Positions 29,730 through 39,981 of a stretch of DNA of 64,000 bases are shown piece by piece. The notes under the pieces are model-generated. The model was not told the DNA's origin, searched no databases, and worked only from the letters and a program-made list of their open reading frames with translations. Numbering within the stretch: the stretch's first letter is position 1; the number at the start of each line of letters is the position of its first letter. This DNA comes from a bacterium (GTDB lineage Bacteria > Desulfobacterota > DSWW01). The DNA is taken from contig JBFLZG010000033.1 in NCBI GenBank assembly GCA_040756235.1, forward strand, positions 9,864 to 73,863, given 5' to 3'. The translations under genes and the position numbers were made by a program.

Positions 29730-31466
29730 TCAGGGTGGCGGCCGGCTCTTGCGGCGCGCCGTCTCCCGCGCCTCCTCGGCCGCATCTTCCCGGCCCAGCT
29801 CCTCCGAAACCACGGCCAGAGCGTGCCAGAGGCGGGGTCGCTCCGAGTTCTCCTGCAGAGCCCGCTGCAACACGGCGGCGGAACCCTCCAGGTCGCCCAG
29901 GCTCTTGCGCAGCTCGGCCAGGCGCACCCACAGGCGGTCCCGGTCGGCCGGGGAAGCCGACAGAGCCGTGGAAGACAGCTCCTGCAGAAGCAGGATCTCA
30001 CGCCGGCTCCCTTCCATCCTCAGGTGGGCAGCGGTCATGTCTCGCCCGGACTGGAACTCGCTGACCGGGTACGCTCGGCCGGCCATCCAGCCGCAAGCGG
30101 TCAGAAAGATGCAGGCGCCCGCCAGGCGCAGGCGCTTCTCGCGCATCGCCGTGATGCATGTAACGATCAGAAAAGCCGCAGAAGGCAGAAGGGCCAGTGT
30201 GAGCGGCAGGCGGTAGCGCCAGGTCACCAGCCCCAGCAGGAGGGCCGCGCCGTACGTTGCGAAAAAGAGGAGCAGAAGAAATGTCTTCCCTGGCCGGGCG
30301 AGAGACAGCACGAGGCCGGCAAGACCGAGGGGCAGCAGGAACCCGGAGCCCGGGAGCCCGGACAGGAAACGAGACCGGCTTCTCAGATACTGGTAGTTCT
30401 CGTTCTCAGGCACTTCATAGGGGCTCACGACCATCTGGGCCCTCTGCATGATGAGGTAGCCAAACTCCTTCGGCCGTGTTCGGATGAACTCGAGCCCCTT
30501 CCCTTTCCAGTAAGCCGAGACCTCGGAAGCGGTCAGGGGTCTGCCCAACTCCTCCTCCGCCACGCGCCTGGCATCGTGGAAGTGCCCGGCGGCGCTGCCC
30601 CTGACCCCGCGTGCGTGCTGGTACCCGCCCCAGGCCCTCTCGTTGTTCCCCAGGTAGAAGTGAATCCCTCCCGTACTGGTGGTCAGGACCGGTTCCCCGG
30701 TCACGAGCCAGTTGCGCAGGAAGAACGGCGCGATCACGATCCATGAGCTCAGGAGAAACCCGACCGCCGGCAGGCCCCGGGAAGCCGGTACCGGTCGTGA
30801 GGGGCCCTGCCCTTCCGTCGGCCGGCTCGCGGCCCCCGGAAGGCAACTCCAGAGGAACAGGCCGATCACGAAGAGCGTCAGAAACCCGTTCAGGTTCCAC
30901 GCCAGCCCTGCTGCCGCGCCGGCAGCCGCCCACCGCGACAACCCGGCCGGCCTGCGGGAACCGGCGACGATCCACAGGCAGAGCGCGGTCAGGAACAGTC
31001 CGAGGGAGGTCTTCAGACCGCTCGTGTCGAACACGACGAAGGGCCCGTAGAGGGCGGCGGCAAGGCCGGCCAAAAGGCCGGCCGAGGCAGACCGGAACAG
31101 CCGGCCCGTGCACAGGCAGACGAGCGCCACGGTCCCGGTCCCGAGGACCGTGTTCAGAAGGCGGGCCACCCAGGGGCTTTCGCCGAACAGGGCGTAGGAG
31201 AGGCCGAGCATGTAGGCGTAAAGGGGAGAGTAGTGATAGACCTCGGTGCCGAGGGCCAGGTCCCCCGCGGCGACCCGCTGCGCAAGCTCGCCGTAGAGGG
31301 CAGCGTCGCCGCCCGCATAAGGGACGAAAAAGCTCGGGTAACGAGAGATCTCCTGAAGGTAGAGGAGACGGACCGCCAGAGCGACCCCGAGGATCGCGGT
31401 CAGAGAAAAGGCCTGGACCGCGCGCTTCCGGGACCGGTCCATTCCTGGGAGACTCTGAAACGCCAA
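29730..31466 (-). CDS. GT-C glycosyltransferase (family 39 / ArnT-PMT-like) with C-terminal TPR
   Basis: Many TM helices; GDAALY..A, SPLYAY, PFFLRNW, GIHFYLGNN and RYRLP; TPR-like helical tail. Confidence 0.8.
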   Translation of the reverse strand: MAFQSLPGMDRSRKRAVQAFSLTAILGVALAVRLLYLQEISRYPSFFVPYAGGDAALYGELAQRVAAGDLALGTEVYHYSPLYAYMLGLSYALFGESPWVARLLNTVLGTGTVALVCLCTGRLFRSASAGLLAGLAAALYGPFVVFDTSGLKTSLGLFLTALCLWIVAGSRRPAGLSRWAAAGAAAGLAWNLNGFLTLFVIGLFLWSCLPGAASRPTEGQGPSRPVPASRGLPAVGFLLSSWIVIAPFFLRNWLVTGEPVLTTSTGGIHFYLGNNERAWGGYQHARGVRGSAAGHFHDARRVAEEELGRPLTASEVSAYWKGKGLEFIRTRPKEFGYLIMQRAQMVVSPYEVPENENYQYLRSRSRFLSGLPGSGFLLPLGLAGLVLSLARPGKTFLLLLFFATYGAALLLGLVTWRYRLPLTLALLPSAAFLIVTCITAMREKRLRLAGACIFLTACGWMAGRAYPVSEFQSGRDMTAAHLRMEGSRREILLLQELSSTALSASPADRDRLWVRLAELRKSLGDLEGSAAVLQRALQENSERPRLWHALAVVSEELGREDAAEEARETARRKSRPPP

Positions 31467-31595
31467 AGGCGGCTCCCGCGCGGCTACGAACGCATGGAAA
31501 TCCTCCCCCCCGAAGCTCCGCGAACCACCCGGCGCCCCGGAGGGAAGGATCCCGTCAACGAATGCAAACGCATTTGGTGGTGAGACGAATGGTCA

Positions 31596-31695
31596 CCCCT
31601 CACCTTGATCCTCTCCCCTCGGCGAGGGGAGAGGAAAGAGCCGACCAGGCTTTACCCTCCCCCCCTTAGGGGGGAGAGGGCCAGGGTGAGGGGGC
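31596..31695. repeat. Pair of CCCTCACC/GGGAGAGG-type extragenic palindromic repeats
   Basis: CCCCTCACCTTGATCCTCTCCCC..GGGGAGAGG plus an inverted unit; related units at 53696-53792. Confidence 0.7.
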
Positions 31696-31729
31696 CGCAA
31701 CGAGTGTAACATGTGCTCATGCGCTGGTA

Positions 31730-34700
31730 TTAGAACATGGTCACGGTGCGGCTGATCTCGTTGTTGGATTCGTTACTCTCCTCCACCGCGTCGGAGGCGT
31801 CCAGGACCGCCAGCAGCGAGCCGCCCAGGGGGTTGAAGGGGAGGAACTGCGCGAAGAAGACGGTCTTGCGCTTTCCGTCCCGGAGCTTGCTGACACTCGT
31901 CCGGCCCAGGTACTGGTGGGGCCCGCCATCCTTGGGAACGTAGTAGAACTTGACCTTGAAGCTCCCGGCATCCGCATCGCCGATGTTCCAGATGTCCAGC
32001 GTGTCCGCGACGAAGTACCAATTCTTCGACAGACGCAACACCACCATCCACTCGCCCCACTCCCCGGTGAGATCGGCCATCTCGGCGCCGCAGTCGGCAT
32101 CCTCCCGGTCGACGGCGCCGTCGCAGTCGTTGTCGATCCCGTCCGCGCAGATCTCTTCAGCACCCGGGTTCACCTCAGGGTCGCCGTCGTCGCAGTCCCC
32201 GCCGCACGTGGTGGTACCGTCCCCGTCGAAATCGGACCCCTCGTCCGCCTCGCCGTCGCAGTCATCATCCAGGCCGTTGCAGACCTCCTCTACGCCGGGG
32301 TTGACGGTCTCGTCCTGGTCGTCACAGTCGGTGCCGTCCGCCACGTAGTCCGGAGGCGCCTCGCAGGTTTCCACACCGGAGGCCGGGTCTCCGTACCCGT
32401 CCCCGTCCAGGTCGAAGTAGAAGGTTTCGAGCACGCCGTTGTCCGCCGTGCCGTCACAATCGTTGTCCCGGCCGTCGCACGCCTCCGAGACCGGAGCACC
32501 CGGCAGGCAGGTGTCCGCCCACTGGCCGGCCACGCACACAAGCTCGCCCGAAGACGTGCACTCCCCCACCCCGCAGGTCGTGGGCACGGTCCCGAGATCC
32601 TCGTCCGCGGAGCCGTCGCAATCATTGTCCAGGCCGTCACACGCCTCGTCCGCAGAAGCACCTGGCACGCAGCTGTCCGACCACGCGCCGCCCGTACAGG
32701 TCCGCACGCCGGAGGACGCACACTCGCCGAGCCCGCAAGTCGTCGGTTCGCTCCCCAGGTCCTCGTCGAGAGCGCCGTCACAGTCGTTGTCCAGACCGTC
32801 GCACGTCTCGGCGCCCGGTTGGCCCGGCACACACGTGTCGGTCCACTGGCCGCCCACGCACATCCTTTCACCCGCTGCCTGGCATGCGCCGGTCCCACAG
32901 GCTGTGGGCACGGTCCCGAGGTCCTCGTCGAGAGCGCCGTCGCAATCGTTGTCCAGGCCGTCGCACGCTTCGTCGGTCGGGTCGCCCGGCTCGCACGTGT
33001 CGACGAGCTCCCCGCCCACACAAGTGCTCTGCCCGGTCGCTGCGCACACCCCTTGGCCGCAGGTCGTCTGGGTGGCGACGAAGCTCTCATCCGCCGTCCC
33101 GTTGCAGTTCTGGTCGATGCCGTCGCAGTCCGCGTCCGCCCCGGTCGGGTCCCCGGGCGTGCAGGTGCCGGGCACGCCTGCCACGCACGCCGCCACCGTC
33201 CGCTCGCACGCGCCCACGCCGCAGGTGAGCGTGCCGAGCTCTTCGTCTGCCTGCCCGTCGCAGTCGTTGTCAACGAGATCACACGCTTCCGCGGCCGGGT
33301 CGCCGGGTGTGCAAACCCCGGGCACGCCGGCCACGCACGCTTCCACCGTCCGCTCGCACGCACCGACACCGCAGGTGAGCGTGCCGAGCTCTTCGTCTGC
33401 CTGCCCGTCGCAGTCGTTGTCAACGAGATCACACGCTTCCGCGGCCGGGTCGCCGGGTGTGCAAACCCCGGGCACGCCGGCCACGCACGCTTCCGCCGTC
33501 CGCTCGCATGCGCCGACACCGCAGGTGAGCGTCCCGAAGCCTTCGTCCGTCTCGCCGTCGCAGTCGTTGTCGGCGCCGTCGCAGACTTCATCGGACGGCT
33601 CACACTGGTCGCAGCCGTCCGGAATGCCGTCGCCGTCCTGGTCAAGGCCGTCGTCGTGCCCGGGGCAGAGGTCGCACGCGTCCCCGACGCCGTCGCCATC
33701 CTCGTCGGCCTGGTCCGGGTTCTCTGCTGCCGGGCAGTTGTCCTCGTCGTCGGCTACGCAGTCGGAATCCCCGTCCGGCAGCATCACCGTGGTGAACGTG
33801 TCCGCCACGATCTGCCCGCCTCCGTCCTGCGGCGGAGCTTCCTCGAGCCCCGAACGGTCGCGCGCGATGGTGAAGAAGTGATAGGTCCCGCAGGTCTCGC
33901 CCGTGAACTCGGCAGATGTGGCCGGCGTGCTCCAGATCCAGGGCGTGAAGCTGACCCCGCCGTCCCGGGACACGAAAACTGAATAGGTCTCGATGCCCGA
34001 GCCCGGATCCGAACCGCTCCAGGTGACGGTGAAGCGCCTGCTGTTCTGCTCGCCGGCGAGCGGAGCGGCCTGGCTCTCGGGCGCGTTGTTGTCCAGAATG
34101 TTCGTCCAGACGTTGGTCGCCATGGGATCATTGGTGTCAAAAACGATGCTGGCCCCGTTGGAGATGACCGTGCCGTCGGCCAGGCCCTCGTTCATGTTCA
34201 CCCGCAGGGAGGCGTTTCCCCCTGCGCCCGGCGGAAGGAACCCCTCCACGGAAGCAGGGTCGAGCAGATTCATGCAGGCAAAAGTACCGCACTGCGCGGG
34301 GTCGCAGTACTCGTTGCAGGAGCCGGCATCCAGGCTCTCGAACAGCCACATGACCTGGCGAGAGAAATGGTCTACCTCCGCCGTCACGCGAACGACGATC
34401 GGCTCCTCGGGTCTCAGGTCGATGTAGCCCTGCCAGTAGCCGAAGATCCCCGGGGGCGGAACCACTGCCCTGTCCCCCACCATGACCGGACCGAACTGGA
34501 TCGAATCCAGGTTCAGGCTCTCCGAGATGGGGTCCGTCACCACGACGGTCTGCGCATCGGCACCGGCACCTGCCAAGTTTTCGAAGAAGACGGTGTAGAG
34601 AAGCGGCTTGGGGCTCTGCTTGATGTAATGGCCGACCCCCACTCCCTGCGGGCCCACCTTCTGGTTGGGATCCACCGCCGCGCTCACATCGGTTTCCCTC

Positions 34701-35443
34701 TCGGTCTTCTTGGCCTCCGGGATCCCGGTGGCCGCATACAGGCCGGCCTCTCCGTAGACCCCCTCCGGATTTCCAGGCAGCTGCTCCCATTCCCCGTCCA
34801 CCTTCACGCTGTTTACGTAGGAGCCCTGGTTGCGTTCTGCTTCGCTGCCGGCAAGGAAGAAATCTTTCTCCCCGAACATCGCGGCCAGGGGGCACTCTAT
34901 GTTTTGCTCGGGCCCGATAGCGAAATGAAACGATGGTTCCATCTGTCCGGTGCGGTCGTTGTAGTTCCACTCGTACTCCATTTCGGCCACCTGAACATAA
35001 CCCAGATAGTCATCCACCATGATGTGGCGGTATTCGCCGGAGCCGTCCGCAAGGGGGACCGAGTACACGATCGTCGTATGGCCGAGAGGCGGCACGATCT
35101 CCGACGAGATCGTCTGGATGACGGTCCCATCCGGGACCACATTGGAGACGTACTGGTCGACCACGACCAAATGGTTGCCCCAGTCGGAGGCCGCCCCCGC
35201 ACACGCATAGTTCTCGTCTCCGACGCCGGGATAAATCCGGTACGGAAAGAAGTCCTCGACGAATCGGGTGCCGTTCCACCAGACATCCCGGGCATGCTCG
35301 ATGACGGTCTGTACGTTCGGGTCTGCATAGATGTCCTCCTGGGCATCGACTGCAGCGGGAGTCATCAGGCCACCCCACATGGCGGTCACGATATACAGGA
35401 AACCGATGAGCCAATTCGTTTTCTTCCTCTGTGTCGCGATCAT
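31730..35443 (-). CDS. Large secreted protein: variable N-domain, DPNxK-type beta-sandwich, FnIII-like domain, TSP3 Ca-binding repeats, about 10 Cys-rich DNDCDG (MopE-like) repeats, C-terminal CARDB-like domain
   Basis: Signal peptide ..AVDA-Q; DGDSDCVADDEDNCP; repeated ExCDGxDNDCDG; ADL..NIGDADAGSF..VEESNESNN. Confidence 0.85.
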   Translation of the reverse strand: MIATQRKKTNWLIGFLYIVTAMWGGLMTPAAVDAQEDIYADPNVQTVIEHARDVWWNGTRFVEDFFPYRIYPGVGDENYACAGAASDWGNHLVVVDQYVSNVVPDGTVIQTISSEIVPPLGHTTIVYSVPLADGSGEYRHIMVDDYLGYVQVAEMEYEWNYNDRTGQMEPSFHFAIGPEQNIECPLAAMFGEKDFFLAGSEAERNQGSYVNSVKVDGEWEQLPGNPEGVYGEAGLYAATGIPEAKKTERETDVSAAVDPNQKVGPQGVGVGHYIKQSPKPLLYTVFFENLAGAGADAQTVVVTDPISESLNLDSIQFGPVMVGDRAVVPPPGIFGYWQGYIDLRPEEPIVVRVTAEVDHFSRQVMWLFESLDAGSCNEYCDPAQCGTFACMNLLDPASVEGFLPPGAGGNASLRVNMNEGLADGTVISNGASIVFDTNDPMATNVWTNILDNNAPESQAAPLAGEQNSRRFTVTWSGSDPGSGIETYSVFVSRDGGVSFTPWIWSTPATSAEFTGETCGTYHFFTIARDRSGLEEAPPQDGGGQIVADTFTTVMLPDGDSDCVADDEDNCPAAENPDQADEDGDGVGDACDLCPGHDDGLDQDGDGIPDGCDQCEPSDEVCDGADNDCDGETDEGFGTLTCGVGACERTAEACVAGVPGVCTPGDPAAEACDLVDNDCDGQADEELGTLTCGVGACERTVEACVAGVPGVCTPGDPAAEACDLVDNDCDGQADEELGTLTCGVGACERTVAACVAGVPGTCTPGDPTGADADCDGIDQNCNGTADESFVATQTTCGQGVCAATGQSTCVGGELVDTCEPGDPTDEACDGLDNDCDGALDEDLGTVPTACGTGACQAAGERMCVGGQWTDTCVPGQPGAETCDGLDNDCDGALDEDLGSEPTTCGLGECASSGVRTCTGGAWSDSCVPGASADEACDGLDNDCDGSADEDLGTVPTTCGVGECTSSGELVCVAGQWADTCLPGAPVSEACDGRDNDCDGTADNGVLETFYFDLDGDGYGDPASGVETCEAPPDYVADGTDCDDQDETVNPGVEEVCNGLDDDCDGEADEGSDFDGDGTTTCGGDCDDGDPEVNPGAEEICADGIDNDCDGAVDREDADCGAEMADLTGEWGEWMVVLRLSKNWYFVADTLDIWNIGDADAGSFKVKFYYVPKDGGPHQYLGRTSVSKLRDGKRKTVFFAQFLPFNPLGGSLLAVLDASDAVEESNESNNEISRTVTMF
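33160..33580. repeat. Near-identical 150-nt tandem repeat (50 aa) inside the large secreted protein
   Basis: CTTCGTC... unit recurs at 33241, 33391 and 33541. Confidence 0.9.
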
Positions 35444-35464
35444 GCTGCCCCCCCTTTCCGCTCA

Positions 35465-36301
35465 TTACCAGATGGGCTGGGAGTCGGAAGCCGACGACCC
35501 GCTCCACCATGCGCGAAACACATCCTTGCTCTGGGCACCGCCCCACTGCAGGTCGATGCGCAGCATCTTGGCTGCGCCCGGCGCAATGTCCCGGACGTAG
35601 AGCGGGATCACGGTGTAGGTGGACCCGCCAAAGGAAACGTTCGCGTACTCCGTGGGCGGGGTGTTCAGGGGAGGCGGCAGGTTCGGGTTGACCGGGAGCG
35701 CGTACTGGGCTCGGTCGAACCCCAAGGCATAGGAGGCCACGCTGGCGGGTATGGCCACAAACAGGATGGCGGCATCCATGTCGACGTTCCCCTGGTTCCC
35801 GTACCACACGAAATGGGAAGTCATGGAGTCGACACGGACCGCTGTCTGGCCGATGATCTCCACCCAGAGGTCCGCCTTGCGGACCGGCTCGACCGTGAGC
35901 AAACCGAACCCGTAGGCGATCGGGCCGCTGCCGCATTCCATGCCCTCGATCTCGGGGACGACCTCGATGTCGTAGCTTACGTGCAGCGCACCGGTCATAT
36001 CGAACCTCACCACCAACTCGTCCAGCGGGTCCCCGCCGCTGCTGGTGTAGATCCCGACGTTCCGTTCCAGCACGGTCCCGGATATGTCCTCCTCCTGGTA
36101 GGGGAAGCGGAGCGTCACGCGGCAGGTATCCCCCGGGAACGCACCCACCATGTGCAGCGTCGCCGGCCCCGTGTTCCCGACGGTGCTGGGGTACACGTGG
36201 TCGATCCAGAAGCCGTACGGGTCGACGATGGCCGCCTGCGCGGGTCCAGCTGCGCAAGCGAGCAGAGTCAGTGTCAGAAGGATCAGCGAACTCTTTCTCA
36301 C
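35465..36301 (-). CDS. Secreted Ig/IPT-like beta-sandwich protein
   Basis: GTG start with AGGAGG RBS; signal peptide ..AQA-A; HVYPSTVGN; DLWVEIIG..YGNQGNVD. Confidence 0.75.
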   Translation of the reverse strand: MRKSSLILLTLTLLACAAGPAQAAIVDPYGFWIDHVYPSTVGNTGPATLHMVGAFPGDTCRVTLRFPYQEEDISGTVLERNVGIYTSSGGDPLDELVVRFDMTGALHVSYDIEVVPEIEGMECGSGPIAYGFGLLTVEPVRKADLWVEIIGQTAVRVDSMTSHFVWYGNQGNVDMDAAILFVAIPASVASYALGFDRAQYALPVNPNLPPPLNTPPTEYANVSFGGSTYTVIPLYVRDIAPGAAKMLRIDLQWGGAQSKDVFRAWWSGSSASDSQPIW

Positions 36302-36898
36302 TGCAAACCCTCCTTTCGTCCCTCTGTTGCGTGCATCGACGGCTGCCGCGGGACCGGGCTCCCCCCGATCGGGAAAACCGTTGAAGGCTTCCGCTTTTGG
36401 CGAACCGTCTGGTTGGAAAAGAATCGACTGTTGATCTTGGCGTGCCGGGCGGGAACCCCGGTCGTGGCAGGGGCAACCCTTTTCATCTCGGAAGCTCGCT
36501 CCACGGTGCCGGGCGCCCTCATAAAGGCTTCAGGAATTATTCTTTGTAATAAAACGATTCACTAAAACTAGTGCGATGATTTTATTTTGCATAGATTCAA
36601 GCCTATGTCAAGCATGACTTTCTGCCCGCCCCTTCGATCCGGCGGCTTGCTCCTTCCGACGGTGCGTCCCTATCCCCCGAACCGGACACATCCTGTAACG
36701 TCTGCGTTTCCCTCGACATCCAAGCAGTGGCCGCGTCTCTGCCGGCATGCCTGAGAGCCAGGCAGCGCGGTCATCATGATCGAACCCCGGGAGAGTCTTG
36801 ATGAGGAATGAGGCCCACGCACGGTACGCCGCAAGGACGAGGGACAAGCCGAACGCACACCCGATGAGGGTGGCGCAAAGGACACCCTGTGAGGAGAA

Positions 36899-37624
36899 AT
36901 GAGTATAGCGCCGGACGTTACGAACAATGCCTTGGTCAGACTGGACCATGTTTCAAAGAGCTATCGAAATGCAGAAGTTGTCACCGACGTTTTAAGGGAC
37001 GTGGACCTTGTCATCCAGAAGAATGAGGTTCTCATCGTTCTAGGTGTGTCCGGCTGCGGCAAGACGACGCTGCTCAACCTGATCGGCGCGCTGGACAAGC
37101 CCTCGTCCGGGAACATCCTCGTCGACGGGGAACCCATGTCGGCGATGAACCAGCGCTCCCGTACCGAGTTTCGTCGCCGGAAAGTCGGATTCATCTTCCA
37201 GTTCTACAACTTGCTCCCCACGCTGTCCGCCATCGAGAACATCGAAGCCGCGCTGGAAATTCTACCGCTGCCCTCACGCGAGATTCGTGCGCGCGCCGAC
37301 CGCTATCTCGAAGCGGTCGGATTGGCTGACAAAGCCAACAAATTCCCGGGCCAGCTCTCCGCCGGTGAGCAACAGCGGGTGGCGATCGCGCGCGCATTGG
37401 CCAAGGAGCCGGCCATCATTCTCGCCGATGAGCCGACCGGCAATCTCGACGAAGAAACCGGGCTCGGCGTGATGCAGCCCATGACGAATCTACAGCGAGC
37501 CAACAAGGCGATCCTGGTCATGGCGACACACAATCCACGGATGACCGCTTTTGCCGATCGGGTGATACGCATCGATCACGGGCGCGTCGTCGAGATTCCT
37601 CGGGTGGTAACGCGTTGTCCATGA
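36899..37624 (+). CDS. ABC transporter ATP-binding protein (LolD/MacB type)
   Basis: [33 protein letters not shown] and ADEPTGNLD. Confidence 0.93.
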   Translation: MSIAPDVTNNALVRLDHVSKSYRNAEVVTDVLRDVDLVIQKNEVLIVLGVSGCGKTTLLNLIGALDKPSSGNILVDGEPMSAMNQRSRTEFRRRKVGFIFQFYNLLPTLSAIENIEAALEILPLPSREIRARADRYLEAVGLADKANKFPGQLSAGEQQRVAIARALAKEPAIILADEPTGNLDEETGLGVMQPMTNLQRANKAILVMATHNPRMTAFADRVIRIDHGRVVEIPRVVTRCP

Positions 37625-39975
37625 AAAAACTGCGGGTGAAAATGAGGCGCGACCTGTGGCGCATGCGCTGGCGCGCACTGGCCATCGTTCTGACACTCGC
37701 GAGTGGCGTGGCGACCTATGTGGGGACATACACGGGCGTCCTGAGCATCTTCCGGACGCGGGACACGGTCTACCGGCAGCTGCATTTTGCCGATCTGGAA
37801 GTGCGCTTCTCCCCGCAGGACGTGAATCGCCTGCCTGACCTGGCGCGGCTGAAAGGAGTGCAGAAACTCGAACGGAGGCTGCTCTTCCCCGGAATCATCA
37901 AGCGGCCCGGCCATCCGTCGCTCATGGCCGTGATTACGCTGCTGGAGACGCCGACCCCCGACATCCACGCGCTCCAGTTCGTCGAGGGTCGTCCGTTCCG
38001 TTCCGATGAGCCGGACGCCGTTGTCATCGAACGCACGCTGGCCGAATATCACGGCTATGGCGTCGGTGACACCATCGCGGTGAAGGTTGGCGAGACAACC
38101 TATGACGGCCGTATCGTGGGTATCGTGATCAGCCCTGAGTACTTTGTGTCCACTTCCAATCCGGACTACTTCATTCCGGAAAAAGGGAGCCTGGGCGTCG
38201 TCTTCGGGAATCTCGAGCGCGTGAGCGATTCTCTGGGTTACCGGATGGTGAACGACCTGCTCTTTCGCTTTGCGCCAGGCGTGGATCCCGCCGCTCTGAG
38301 CCACGACATTTCGAGTCAACTGAGCACACTCGGTATCGAACAGGTGATTCCGCAGAAGCGCCACTTCAGCTACGAATACATCCAGACGCAGATCGATGCG
38401 ATTCAATTCTTCATTCCGGCAATTGTGATCATCGTGCTGGGTCTGGCATCGATCATCACGCTCATCAATTTCCATCGGATGATGGCCACTGAACGGCGCG
38501 AGCTCGGCACGCTCATGGCGCTGGGATATGACCCCCGGGTGCTCCTCCGAGCGTATCTGGAGGGCAGTATGGTTCTGGGAGCGATCGGCAGCCTCCTCGG
38601 CCTGGCGCTCTCATTTCCCATCAGAGACATATTCGCCTACGTATGCGCCGAGTCCATGGGGATGCGTCTGATCTGGCTCACCACGGATTTCGTGACCATG
38701 GCCAAGGGTGTCACCGTCGGGCTGCTCCTAGCCGTTGGTTCGGCGGCGATCCCGGTTCTCCAACTTCTTCGACTGTCGCCCCAACAAGTCATCCGAGAAT
38801 CGAGAAGACCCGTGGAGAGCAGGGAACGATCATGGAGCCTTCTCTCACAAAGGATCTTCAGACTTCCCGCATCCTATCTCTACGGGCTCCGAAATCTTCT
38901 GCGCCGACGAGGGCGGACAGTCGCAACGCTCGGTTCCATCGGCCTGGCCTTGGGTGTGGCGACCGCCTACAGGATGAGTACGGCTTCCATCAATGAGACC
39001 CTCCGGAGGAGATACGAAGGCGATCCCTGGCAGCTTTCGGTTGATTTCCTGTCTCCGGTTTTTCAGGACCGTTTCGTAGAACTGAAGAGAATCCCTCATG
39101 TGAAGCAGATCGAACCTTACTTTCGTAACTACGTCGCGCTCGAGAAGGACGGTCGATTTGAGAATTCCACATTGCTGGGCATCCGCGCAGACTCCCGCAT
39201 GACCCGCCCTCCCCTGGCAAGCGGACGCGCGCCTGCATCGGACGACCACCGGGAGATCGTCCTCAGCTCGGGGTTGGCCAGGAAGATTGGAGCTGAGATC
39301 GGGGATTGGGTGAACGTTCACGCGCTGAACCGATCCCATCCCTTTCGCCTCGTGGGACTGTCGTCAGAGGTCGTCGCCAGTCTGTCTATCGTTCCCTTCC
39401 GTGCCGCGCAGGAGATCTGCCAATCTCCTGACAAGGCCTCCGGCATCTTCCTGCAAGCGGATGCGCCTTTCACCCAGCTCCGGGAGGAGCTCTACCGGAG
39501 GGATTTCGTCGGCTCGGTGGTGGAGAAAGGCGAGTTGCTGGATCAAATCCGGGGGGTCACATCCGTGATGTTCGTCGTGCTTGATATCGCTGCCGGAATC
39601 AACATTTTCGTGGCCGTGTTGTTTATTTTGACCAGCATCCACCTGTCGGTCCTGGAAACCGAGGGCGAGTTCGCCACGCTCAAAGCGATCGGTTACGGCC
39701 GAGGTTCGACCACGCGGATCCTCTTGGCCGAGACGGCAGCCTATGCAGTCGGAGCGGCACTGCTGAGCCTTCCGGTGGCTGCGCTCCTCAGCGTTTATCT
39801 GAACCACCGCATGGGTCAAGCATGGTTTCGAGTGGACACGTTCTTCTTCCCGGCGGAATTCATGAAAGTACTGATCCCGGCCTTCGTGCTCATCCTGTCG
39901 GGAGCGTATCCCGGGTTGCGTCACATTTTCCACCTGGACATCTCCACCGCGATCCGCGCCAGGGTCATCGATTAG
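37621..39975 (+). CDS. FtsX/MacB-like ABC permease (two FtsX halves)
   Basis: RDLWRMRWR..TM; ERRELGTLMALGY and EFATLKAIGY; ATGA overlap. Confidence 0.9.
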   Translation: MKKLRVKMRRDLWRMRWRALAIVLTLASGVATYVGTYTGVLSIFRTRDTVYRQLHFADLEVRFSPQDVNRLPDLARLKGVQKLERRLLFPGIIKRPGHPSLMAVITLLETPTPDIHALQFVEGRPFRSDEPDAVVIERTLAEYHGYGVGDTIAVKVGETTYDGRIVGIVISPEYFVSTSNPDYFIPEKGSLGVVFGNLERVSDSLGYRMVNDLLFRFAPGVDPAALSHDISSQLSTLGIEQVIPQKRHFSYEYIQTQIDAIQFFIPAIVIIVLGLASIITLINFHRMMATERRELGTLMALGYDPRVLLRAYLEGSMVLGAIGSLLGLALSFPIRDIFAYVCAESMGMRLIWLTTDFVTMAKGVTVGLLLAVGSAAIPVLQLLRLSPQQVIRESRRPVESRERSWSLLSQRIFRLPASYLYGLRNLLRRRGRTVATLGSIGLALGVATAYRMSTASINETLRRRYEGDPWQLSVDFLSPVFQDRFVELKRIPHVKQIEPYFRNYVALEKDGRFENSTLLGIRADSRMTRPPLASGRAPASDDHREIVLSSGLARKIGAEIGDWVNVHALNRSHPFRLVGLSSEVVASLSIVPFRAAQEICQSPDKASGIFLQADAPFTQLREELYRRDFVGSVVEKGELLDQIRGVTSVMFVVLDIAAGINIFVAVLFILTSIHLSVLETEGEFATLKAIGYGRGSTTRILLAETAAYAVGAALLSLPVAALLSVYLNHRMGQAWFRVDTFFFPAEFMKVLIPAFVLILSGAYPGLRHIFHLDISTAIRARVID

Positions 39976-39981
39976 ACATCG

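Noticed and set aside
35443..35467. Stop read-through or frameshift joining the two secreted proteins
   Set aside because: Double stop TAATGA, different frame, and the downstream gene has its own RBS and signal peptide.
36530..36615. AT-rich tract as a replication origin or att site
   Set aside because: No DnaA-box cluster, iterons or integrase; best explained as a divergent promoter region.
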